From Antedon mediterranea (Eukaryota > Animalia > Echinodermata), in the NCBI RefSeq assembly GCF_964355755.1, contig NC_092677.1, positions 11,740,101-11,804,100 on the forward strand: a stretch of 64,000 nucleotides of DNA, read 5' to 3'. The notes beneath the pieces are model-generated. The model did no database searches. It was given only the letters and a program-made list of their open reading frames with translations, and was not told the DNA's origin. Positions 1 through 10,397 of the stretch are shown here, one piece after another; the first letter of the stretch is position 1; every line of letters starts with the position of its first letter. The translations under genes and the position numbers were made by a program.

Positions 1-1533
1 AATATGCGCAATATTTCGATTGACATTCGATGACAAAGGTGAGTATGATTTGATTTGTGTTGAGACACCCAAATGTTTTTGCACTTTCAAGAACTTCAAG
101 GATAAAAAATAACGCCGAAACAAAGCAGCTCGCAAAGTTGAAAGTTGCTACCTAATATCGTGAACAGCATCCAATTATACTGCAAAACATAGGATACGTT
201 TTCCAAAAAGCCCCCCCCCCCCCCCCCAGGACCTCTATGATTTGTGCAATATAGATACCGTGGTCTTAGATTTAGACCTTGTATTGCAATCAATTTTGTT
301 TCTAGAAAAGCAATGCTTATAAATGTATAGAAAACGGAGTGATGATTATCCTCTGACCCAATATTACCCAATCCAAAATTCATGTATTATATCTTGATAG
401 TAAAACCAAAATAGTATTTAAGTTCATAATCATATCATTCCAACTTAAATCCGTCCAATTCAGTGTGTATATGCATTTTTTATTCTGGTGTGCCAATCAA
501 ATTTTAATACCATATTTAGAGTATTGTATACCATATTAAGAGTATTAAGAATTTGTCATCTTTTGTACTTATGTGTACTCACCTTGAAAAAGTTTATATG
601 CTAATGCTTTATATGTGTCCGTGTACAGAAAAATGATTGAGCGTTTGGGTTCTTTTTATGGGTGTTGGCAGGTAAATTAAAATATGGATCTGGATGAGTT
701 CGTGTATGCAAGAGGTGATTTTGCATACTTAATTTTAGATTGTGTGCGTATTTTCTGTACAGTTAAAAACAATAATATTACATTTTTTTGGACAGTAAAA
801 TACTGTCAAAACTCTGAAATCGGTTTTAGAGTCCTTTTTGCAATTTGAACATAGCTTCAGCATACACGGTCGGGAAAATAGAATTTTTATCTACTTTATT
901 TGCAGCTGTGAAATTCAAAATGCTTTCCATAATTTTTGGTGATGTTTTTATGCCTTTAGTTCAAGTGATCCATTTTGTATTCTTCGTAATGGTAATTTAC
1001 ACAGATTTTAGACTGTTTTAGATGAAGATTTTTAGATCATAGTATTTGGAGGGGTGATGGGTGAGGTTTCCCTCATTTATTGTACAGTATTTTCGAAACT
1101 ACTGAAGTTATTTTTATTTAAAGGTGAATTTGTCTAATATATGACTAGTCCAGGTTGATAAACTTTTTTTTTATGCTGGTCTGTCCAGCATATTGACCAA
1201 AGCTACACAAAGGCAACTAAATTAGTTAATTTTTAATTGCAAATGAAGAAAGGTGTAAACAATTGCTTTATAAAATAAATATGCTAAATGTTATAATTAT
1301 GTATAAAGAGTGCAGTGTCTATTTTAAATAAAATAAAAGAAATATCTTGTGGAATTTTTTTATATTTTAATATTTATTATAATGTCCATTCGATTGAAAG
1401 AGACTTTAGTTTGATATAAAAACAGCAACAGTAGTTTATTTCCATAGGTGTCAATATTCTTTACTCCATGCAATACTGTATGTACCATGATGTATTCAAA
1501 TATTCTTGTTCATTTTATTTTAAACATTATTTC

Positions 1534-4500
1534 TTAAAACCTTTTCTTGTCTTTAAAGAAATCAATTTTTGCTATCTGTTCAGGCAGATAGCTTTGTTGC
1601 CCAGGGCCAGCCGTTCGCTTGTAGCCCTTTGCATAGCCCATGTCCTTCATCAACTTTGTCGGTGCATTGCGCAAATGAAGAGGCACACCTGGCATAGCTC
1701 CTTCATGATTCTCTATATGATCTTTGACCCGATTATAAGCCATGTAGGATTCGGTGGATTTTGGCGCTCTTGCGAGGTAGACAACACAGTGCGACAAGTT
1801 GATCTGTGAATAAATGAAATAAATTATAATAACTAGATGGTACGCTCGCTTCGCTCGCGTACCATCTAGGTCGTGCCCACAGATGGTTCTCGAATACATA
1901 ATAATTTCAGGGTTAAAAAACTGGCGATTTCAAATGTACGTACCGCAGGACAATAATACATGTCGTTTACAGGAACGAATAAATAGACACTGTGATTTAT
2001 GTACTGAACTAAAATTAGCACCCTGGGAATTACTTCCGAAAGAGAAACTTGTCACAAAATGAGACCAATTGTTTAAGTCAAATTTAAACAAACTTAATTT
2101 GTGTTTTGTATGTAACATTAGGGTTGAGGGATGGGAAAGAGGATGGGTGCAAAGAGGAACAATTTTTAAATATATTCTTTATCCATGTAGTAACGAAATA
2201 TTAATTGTTTTCATGTTTTACAAATAATATACCACTAAACACAGTAAAACATTGCGATGTAATACTTTGTTGAAACTATCACCGTCCTAGTCGATTGAAA
2301 TAGTATAGTACATGTAACGATACATCACTACGACGTGTATAATATGTTTATATAATGTAAAACAATTTGTGAAAACCACACCGATTCGTGGCAAATCATA
2401 AATTCGAGTAATAAATATTAAATTATCTAACTCAAATTAATTAGTAGGCCTAATGGGTTTCAATTGTTTCTTAGAGCCAATTCATACTTAAGTTGGTTCC
2501 TAACCCTACCCACCAAAGTTGTTCTGCGTTTAGGGCATGTGATGCACCGTAGGCCTATCCTCTCCCGGCTTTACAACGCTACTCATGCCAGTGAGGGAAG
2601 GGTGATGCTGTCACGTGGGTGGTTTAACTGCAATAATAAAGATTTGTACATAATATACGGCGACTGAAAACGCTAGCTCATTATCCGTTAAAAAATATCT
2701 ATATCCAACCTCTGCAACACAGATTGAAAAAAAAAATGGATCGAATTTCTGTTATGAGTATACAGTACTTGCCTTTACGACGCCTGAGGGAATAGACACT
2801 TGTGGAACAGAGATTGGAATGTTCCATTCATTTCAAATCAATACATTTGCATAAACGTATATTAAATCTATCAAAATAGTATTTTTTTAAGAAAATCGGC
2901 CTGTCTTCAACATTATGATACTGTACTCGAGCTGTTCAACCGGTTTTCAGCTATTAAAAACAATTATCGTAGGAGGAGATAGGAAAATGCGAAGCCTCCT
3001 CGCATTTTTGTGGCGGGTATTTTTCAAGATGGACATCCATTAGACAGTGTATACCACGATCGAAAAACACCCCTATTTGGGGCAAATCGTTGAACCTAAA
3101 TTCGTTTTAATCGTCAATAACTAATTATCGAACTCAATTTAATTAGTAAACAGGGTTACATCAGGCGGTTAAAATCAGTACCGAAAGTACGAACCTAACT
3201 TTATATACCATCGAGTAAACATTCTAGAAATAACGCGCGATTTACCGAATTTTGCCCTTACGTAAATTTATATATAGATGATTAATATTTTATTTACTTA
3301 ACTTGTATTAAATATTTCTCCATAGGTTATTAATGTAGTAGTGTCTACACTATAAACTAATATGGTAGCGATATGACCAAATATGGTAGTGATATGACCA
3401 AATATGGTAGTGATTTGACATCATGTCCATATATGGGCACATCACAAAGAAGTATTATTCTTTATTATTATATTTATTTATATTCTTATGTTTCTTTAAT
3501 CTAACCTGACATTCTGGCATCCCATTGTAGTGGCAGGCACTGTATGTAGCTACAGCCAATGGAAGTGCTTGGGCGTCTGCTAAACCTGTGAACACAACAT
3601 AGTCATGTGTTTTGTGTTTAAATTAATTATTATTAGAAAATTGACAACAAATTTGTTATCAGTGTAAATGCATATAACGTTAAAATAGAAAAGGTATCGT
3701 ACCAACGTCCTCGCTAGCGAATACTATTAGTCTTCTGGCAACAAACAATGGATCTTCCCCACCCAGAATCATTCTTCCGAGCCAATAGAGGGCAGCGTTT
3801 GCATCGGACCCTCTCATTGATTTGATAAGAGCAGAAATACAATTATAATGTTCTTCACCTAGTGAAAGATAGTGGTAAAGTAATTTAAAAATAAATAGCA
3901 AAGGCATTTGTGAAAGCTATTTGAATGCTGTTTACAGGCGGAACAGTGACAATAAAAACTATATGCAAAATTTAAAAATACCATTACTCCATGATTTAAA
4001 GGTACCAAAACATTATTTAAAAATACCACCCCATGATTTAAAGGTGCCACTACATAATTTAAAAGTACCACCCCATTATTTAAAGGTGCCACTCCATGAT
4101 TTAAAGTACCACCTCATAATTTAAAGGTACCACCCCATAATCTAAAGGTGCCACTCCCATGATTTAAAGGTGCCGGAATACTTTCACCTCCATTGCTTAC
4201 AATGAGGTGAAAGTAGTAATTTTAAGATGACTTTTTTTTTAAATCTGCAATTTGTATACCTGTACGATCATAAACTACATGTGACCTCTGCAACACATCT
4301 CTAACCTTTGCCATATCAATCACTGATATTCCATCTGTATTGCTCTCCGATTGGTCAGTTGACTCGTTAGCTTGTGCTATAAGTTGTAACGTATTAAGCG
4401 CTGTACGTGCATCTCCGTCGCAATAAAGACCGATTCCTGTCAAGGCTGGTTGAGTTATGAACCTTTGATTAGATCTTGAGGAAAAGGGAAAAATGTTGGG

Positions 4501-6458
4501 GATATCTATGCCTACACAGTGCATGTTAGATTTGGACAAAGTTTTTTTACCTTCACAGTCTTTACTAGGGAGAGTATCTTAACCTCTGTCTACACTATCA
4601 AACTTTATGTGACAACAAAATGTGATGTGCCTATATATGGATAGATCACTACCATATTTAGGCATATTACATTTGTTTTTTGTCAAACAAGTTTGATAGT
4701 GTAGACAGAGCAATGCCATTTTCAGGATTTCCTTTCTGCACACTTTTTCCCCAACTTTGTATTTTGATCTAAAATTCAGAACTATTGTGTACAAAGACCG
4801 AGGTACTCATAGAACAACCGTTTTTTGCTTTTCTTTTCACCAGTTGATTGTGCTTATATATAACTGTACATACTTGTTTGAACTAGTATCCATTGATTTA
4901 ACATCATCGTCCTTTACTATGGTTAGCTCAAGTTCTGCTGCTCCTTTCTTTAATATCATTTCTAACTCATCTTGACACAGCTTCTCTAACACAACAACAC
5001 GACATCTACTCAGTAGAGCTGAGTTCACCCTGAAGGAAGGGTTCTCCGTCGTTGCTCCTATCAGTGTGATCGTTCCATTCTCAACATGGGGGAGGAAGGC
5101 GTCCTATAATTTAATCAAGGACACTGGTTAATATTTATAGTTGGGCCCAACTCCATGTTAATATCTAGTATCAAAATATACTCTTTTTTAAAGTAAACAA
5201 TTGACTAAAAAAATATTACATATAGAAAAACCTCTAAAGCTCTGTCTACATTACCAAACTTTATGTGACCCAAAAATGCGATGTGCCCATATGGTCATAT
5301 CATTGCCATATTTGGGTATATCACTCCATAACTGGGCACATCACACTTTTTTGTCAAACTAGTTTGATGTGTAGACAGAGCTTAAGGGGACAACTTTGGG
5401 ACGCAACATATTTCCCCTGACTAGGGGTTGTTCTTAGTGTAAAAACAATATACAGTATTGCCTCTCTCAAACCTGTTGTAACTTATTAAATCTGTGGATT
5501 TCATCAATAAACAAGATGGTCTTCCTTTTGAACATTTTTTGTTCGTTCTTAGCTGCCGTTATCGTAGTTTTTACTTCACTCAAATTGCTACTTGTTGCAG
5601 ACAACTTTACAAATCTTAAATTTCCATTTTTCTTCGCTCGGTTTGCAATGACATTTGCTAATGAAGTCTGCAATGAAAATAGTTATTAGTTATTTTATCT
5701 GAATACAAAATTACAGTCGCTAGACCAGTTAATTTTGAATGACATTTGAAAATTGATTTTTATTCTGGCAATAACCAATTTGCAATTGTTTGCAAAATTT
5801 CCCAGGACCTGTTGGTCTATATACTTGGACGTGTACGGTATATGGTATATTATTATATTTGCATAACCTTTCCACAACCAGGTGGTCCCCAGAGTATACA
5901 GGAGGGAACATGATCAGACTCCAACAATGTCCGCAAAACTGAATTTTGACCAATGGCTTTGCTTTGACCAATGTAATCGTCCAAGTCCATTGGCCGCATT
6001 ATTTCAGCCAGAGGCTTGAATTGAGATGATTTTGTATATGTAGACTGATTTGGAATGCTGCCTTCTCTCAGTTTGGCAGCACCAGATGCAGACTTTTCCT
6101 CGTTTGAAGTTTTTTCTTCGTCGTGGTGTGTCTTCTGTTCTGGCCGTTTAGATTCAGTTGACTTTAAAGATCTGTTTGGCGATACTATTTCTTGTTTCTT
6201 TTGTGGTTGCTGAAATATTGACTGCCATTTATTAGTCATGTTCGTTGATTTAACTTCAAATCTGGGTTTTTTGGCTGGCGGAACCATTTCACAACCACTG
6301 TCGACCCTATGACTCCTTCGTGTATGTTCCCCGGAATGTTTTGTCGCTGATGTTTCTCCAGTTTTCTTGAAGTCTAAACATGTATCAACATGATCGTTAA
6401 TTGATTTAGAATTAACAGACAACCCACAAATTGGGCATACAACCTCAGATGAAGACAT
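1534..6458 (-). CDS. WRNIP1: ATPase WRNIP1 (MgsA/RarA-family AAA+ with N-terminal UBZ4 zinc finger); 7 exons: 5868-6458, 5473-5667, 4874-5103, 4260-4474, 3703-3858, 3506-3585, 1534-1803 (~578 aa)
   Basis: N-terminal CPIC...INDHVDTCL zinc finger; Walker A WGPPGCGK|T; Walker [15 protein letters not shown]|DAFLP; GATTENPSF; [19 protein letters not shown]; ASEDVG; LARAPKS; [26 protein letters not shown] exons join in frame (1737 nt). Exon 4 acceptor has a possible alternative 10 nt away. Confidence 0.95.
1833..3278 (-). mobile_element. Non-autonomous Helitron in the last WRNIP1 intron
   Basis: Minus strand starts A|TC(TATATAT) at 3278 and ends CTAG|T at 1833. Terminal hairpin ctagatggtacgc-tcgcttcgctc-gcgtaccatctag (1833-1869). 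No TSD, inserted at an A/T site, as expected for Helitrons. No Rep/helicase ORF. Confidence 0.7.
3985..4172. repeat. Minisatellite, ~21-bp unit (ggtaccaccccatgatttaaa-like), ~9 copies
   Basis: Repeated 'atttaaaggt(a/g)ccac' periodicity; explains the repetitive ORFs 3859-4092 and 3921-4124. Confidence 0.85.
4584..4710. mobile_element. MITE family 1 (TIR AGCTCTGTCTACACTATCAAAC; Harbinger/Tourist-like), copy
   Basis: ctctgtctacactatcaaac ... gtttgatagtgtagacagag inverted termini; shared internal 'tgtgatgtgccc' and 'atatggtagtgatatg' motifs. Other copies at ~3342-3445 (partial), 5238-5382, 12006-12054, 14482-14626, 26140-26225, 28402-28552, 51522-51665, 52241-52399, 63068-63209. Confidence 0.8.
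5238..5382. mobile_element. MITE family 1 copy with TAA flanks
   Basis: taa|agctctgtctaca ... tgtagacagagct|taa. A 3-bp TAA/TTA target is typical of PIF/Harbinger. Confidence 0.8.
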
Positions 6459-6690
6459 TTTTATTTACACACTAATCTGATCACCACACCAAAAAAGTTT
6501 GTTTACAAGATCTTTAGCCCTTGTTTACATGGCATACTGCCACCAACAACCAAAATTAATGATGGTTGAAACTTTTTATTTTGTCTGCTGCCACCACGAC
6601 TGACTACTACTTGCCTTTGATCGCCATCTTGAATTGTGCATTTCGTAGAAGTTCACGCCGACGGAATTTGTGTTTTTTTAGCAAAAGTAC
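6459..6690. promoter_or_regulatory. Compact bidirectional promoter WRNIP1/COX4, including the probable non-coding first exon of COX4
   Basis: YY1-type CGCCATCTT at 6622-6630; ETS-like CGGAA at ~6662; candidate donor AA|gtacgt at ~6687. The COX4 coding exon begins 1 nt before its ATG, so an upstream exon must exist. Confidence 0.55.
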
Positions 6691-8365
6691 GTGTTATTGA
6701 TTTATATTAAATAATAAAAACTATAGAATGATTATTTTAAATTATGTACTATTTTTGTTGTATTTTAGTATGCTCTTGTTCTTAGTTATTACTCATTGGA
6801 ATTATGCTAGGCCCTCTAGCCTAGTAGTAGTAGGCCGGTATTCGCTAGCTAGCCTAGCTAGGCCTAGCCTAGTTATATTAGGCTGATGCTAGGCTAGGCC
6901 TAGACCTCCGGTCGGGAGGTGGTTCGCCCAACACTCACTCAGGCTAGCTAGCTATACGGTATTATAGGCCTATAAAGTACCTCGTATAGGCTAGGCCGGC
7001 CCTACCTACTAGGCCTAGAGGCCTACTGCTAGGCTAGATAGTAGTAGACCTGTTAATTAAGACGTACTGTATGTATTGTAGGCTGGGCTGATTTAAGCTA
7101 ACTGGACTGGATATTTATTTAGTTCAATCAGTGTACTAGTACTAAGTACTAGGCACATAATATAGCCTGCTGCGCCCGTTATTTGCCATTTCTGGCATTA
7201 TTTATTATTAATATTATGCTTTTTTTTTGCATTATTTTTGGAGGCCCACTCACGCACGGCACGGCATCTTGCATAATGCTGCGGCATTATTAATATTTAG
7301 CCGTTTTTGGCATAGACCTAATCTGGTATAATTTTGTGTTTTTTGAACAACTAAAAATATAATACCACAGTCTCAGAAGAATAATTATTAATATTTTGTT
7401 TAATCTTGCAATTTTGTACATTCACCTAACTCAATATCAAATCGTACAAAACAGGTCTGTCAGGTTTTTTCCGTACAATAGAAAAGGCTGCTCACAAACT
7501 ACCATGTGTGCGATAGCCTATAGAATAGGCACACAACGAAACCGACGAAGCTAGCCGCGATTGACCTTGCTCAGTCTATTTCAGAGATCATGCAGGTTAT
7601 TGAATCCCATGTAGAAACACTTATAAGCGAAAACATTATTATTATTATTTGCATCATAAAATTGACATAAAGACTTTTTTTGGCAAATCGGGAACATTTC
7701 TTGTATTTACACACTTTGTAAATAAATCATAAAAATATAAATGTTGATTTTTTTTATTGTTTCTTTTGATTATCTGGACTCGGTAAGTAGATTTTGCAAT
7801 GCACCTGTGACGTCACAGCAATTTACGGTGATGGCTGTACGGCGAGCGTGTGCGGCGATATCCTTAGTCTCGCAATTGTTCTGAAATCATATGTAGGTCT
7901 AAATCCCTAATACGTTTTCAGCTAAAAAATTATAAATGTCTAAATGTTGTGTTTTTACAGACGTTTTTTTTAGACATGCAACCGTGGTGGTGCTATTTAG
8001 GGCCACATTTTGGGGATTTGGCATTATTTTTCCCAATCTTTTTTATTTGAGACGGCTACTGCATAATTTTATTGCTGGTAACAGAACAAAGGATTCATCA
8101 TATACTGATGAAATGCATTTATTTAAATTCATCGAATCATCTTTTTTTGGTTTATTCATACATTTGTTTAGCCTAAGACAGATTACTTATTTTAGATATA
8201 ATATTATTTTAGGCCTGGTTTTGCATGAATAATATAATAGGCGTAACATACTAAGGTCTACTGTATGTATTTAAAAATTAGTGTTTATTTTACTATTATT
8301 AGTTTAGTATTATACTTGATTTTAATTGACAGGCCTAGTGACTAATGATTTTCTTTTATTTCAGA

Positions 8366-9455
8366 ATGGCACTTCTAAGATTGACGTCGCAACATATTAG
8401 ATTTACAGCTCGCCGCTTTGCTGGCACCGTTGCCCAAGTGTCACGTGAGGGCGACCCTAATTACGTCTATAACGACAGGTTGGACTATCCTGCCCCTAAA
8501 GTAAAATATGTCAAGGATATTGACTTATCATCAGAAATGAAAGCATTAAAAGAAAAAGAAACCGGTGACTGGAAGAACTTAACAGCCGAAGAAAAGATTC
8601 AATGTAAGAATCAAAGTTAACAAATTAAACTCAAATTTAATAATTCCAGAAGTACATTTTTTAAAATAACATATTTTATTCTGGCAGCATATGAATGTTA
8701 TATTTATAAACAGTTAAAAATAGTTTTTTTTGTGTACATTATGGCTTGTATCTAAACTGCAGTAACTGATCATTCAAGGCCTACAGTAGTATCTATCTGT
8801 AAACTCCAGCAACTCCCCAATTACATTCACACTGCAGGGTGACTTGGGTTTGGAGAATTGACAGTTAACAATTTTAAAGCATTTTAATAACATTCTTACC
8901 TTGTTTTATTGTAGTGTACAGACTGAGTTTCAATAAGACATATGCAGAGATGCGTGCTCCAACTGGTGAAACTAAATATGTTATAGGCGGTATCTTAATA
9001 GGCCTGGCAGTATCTGCTCTTGTATTTGCGTTCCAGAAAAAATTTAGTAAGTTTCTAGTTCTAACATCCTATTTATAGAATTTTGAACATGTTGTAAGAT
9101 AAGAGGCATACACAGGTAGTGTGGTTAAGTTTAACTGGTTATGTGTTATTTTAAGTGAAAACATTATTTTTGGGGTATTTTTTTCTACGGAAGTGATTAA
9201 GTTTGTTAAAACTACAAGATGGCCTATACAAAGTCTATTTTTATTAATCTTCATTTTTCATGTTTTTGGGGAAAAAAACATCTCAAGTAATATTTACTAA
9301 ATATTTCTTTTCTAATAGTTGCACCCGAGCTACCTAGATCTATGACTCCGGAATGGCAAGAGGAAAATTTGAAATACAGTATAGCTATTAGAAACAATCC
9401 AGTAACTGGCATCGCTTCACGATGGGACTACGAAAAAAACGATTGGAAGAAATAA
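8366..9455 (+). CDS. COX4: Cytochrome c oxidase subunit 4; exons 8366-8603, 8915-9046, 9319-9455 (168 aa)
   Basis: Arg-rich presequence MALLRLTSQHIRFTARRFA; YNDRLDYPAP; LKEKETGDWKNLTAEEK; LYRLSFNKTYAEMRAPTGE; TM segment; C-terminal NPVTGIASRWDYEKNDWKK. Exons total 507 nt in frame. Confidence 0.96.
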
Positions 9456-9955
9456 ACACACACACCTGTGCAAGATAACATTACATTTAGAAATATAAAA
9501 CAGAAAATTAAAACAGATTTTGAAACAGTCTCTTTTTATCGCAATAAATCACATGTAAAATAGTTAATTTTTCCATTTGATATCACTAATTATAAAAAGG
9601 AATGTGTTATTTTATAATTGGGATTGAATGTTTAAATTTGAAGTTAAATAGTGGTATCTCACGAAACGCAAACTTTTAGTTTAATTAATGTTACTGAAGA
9701 ATAGTGAATGCAATAGTTGGATTGTGAAGTAATTCAATATTTTCCATTTTGAAAGACCTCAAAATATCTTGAAACTCTGGTTGGAAGTATTATATAAGTA
9801 GTACGATACTTACTCTGAAACACATGTCTATGATATTGTGTATCTTTGATGTGATAATAATAAAGTGAGTGGCTGTTTAAAGTAGTTGTTGCCATCTTTG
9901 TATTGCTAGTTTCGTTAATTTTCTTTCATGCTTTGTTTTATCTGTAGCATTTACC

Positions 9956-10168
9956 GGAAGCACAACCATCTTGTTAAGGTTAGTTGACAGTAAGACAGTG
10001 TAGGCTGTCCATTTTTTAGACCTACTAGCAGCGTTCCGCAAACTTTTATTACGCAGCCTAAAATCCGGTTCCCGGGATCTAGCTGCGGCCCTACCACCCA
10101 GCTGGTAGTAAGTAATGAGGCTAATATAAAAATAGTCTGCAAAACGTCATACTAGAGTGCCTGCATCC
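9956..10168 (-). ncRNA. Candidate structured RNA of unknown class, in the spacer between the convergent COX4 and C20orf96-like 3' ends
   Basis: Minus-strand helices found by eye: CGUUUUGCAGACU/AGUUUGCGGAACG (13 bp, 3 G-U), extended by CUAGUA/UGCUAG; CUACCA/UGGUAG; CGCAGC..CCGG/CCGG..GCUGCG; GACAG/CUGUC; CAACUA/UGGUUG; closing AGGCAC/GUGCUU. No match recognised to snRNA, 7SK, 7SL, RNase P/MRP or tRNA. Confidence 0.45.
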
Positions 10169-10397
10169 AAAAAGTAAACTCAGAAGTATTCACCTTTTTT
10201 CTTGTCTGTTGTAGTATGGTAAAAAAAAAACACTCATTTCTTTGTAATGTACAGTATACTTTTATTAAGTTTAAAATGTTGCAGTGTAAAACAATGCTTA
10301 AATATACATCTATGTAATAGTTTGCATCATTTGACGTAATAAGAATGCACCAGCAGGACGGATAAACTGGAAGATTGACCTTCGAACCATGATCACT

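Noticed and set aside
1-1300. Possible gene or transposon at the window start (ORF 96-383, poly-C at ~212-227)
   Set aside because: No recognisable protein motif, termini or TSD within the window; the poly-Gly comes from a homopolymer.
1534-6458. Horizontal transfer of bacterial rarA/mgsA
   Set aside because: Six spliceosomal introns and a UBZ4 zinc finger show it is ordinary eukaryotic WRNIP1.
9973-9983. Telomerase-template-like CTAACCTTAAC on the minus strand of the structured island
   Set aside because: One mismatch to the TTAGGG template, located 3' rather than 5' of the main stem/pseudoknot, and no recognisable H/ACA domain. Not called as telomerase RNA.
9950-10170. 7SK identity (GGATG start) for the structured island
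   Set aside because: Lacks the paired GAUC motifs, the conserved 3' hairpin and a following U-tract on that strand.
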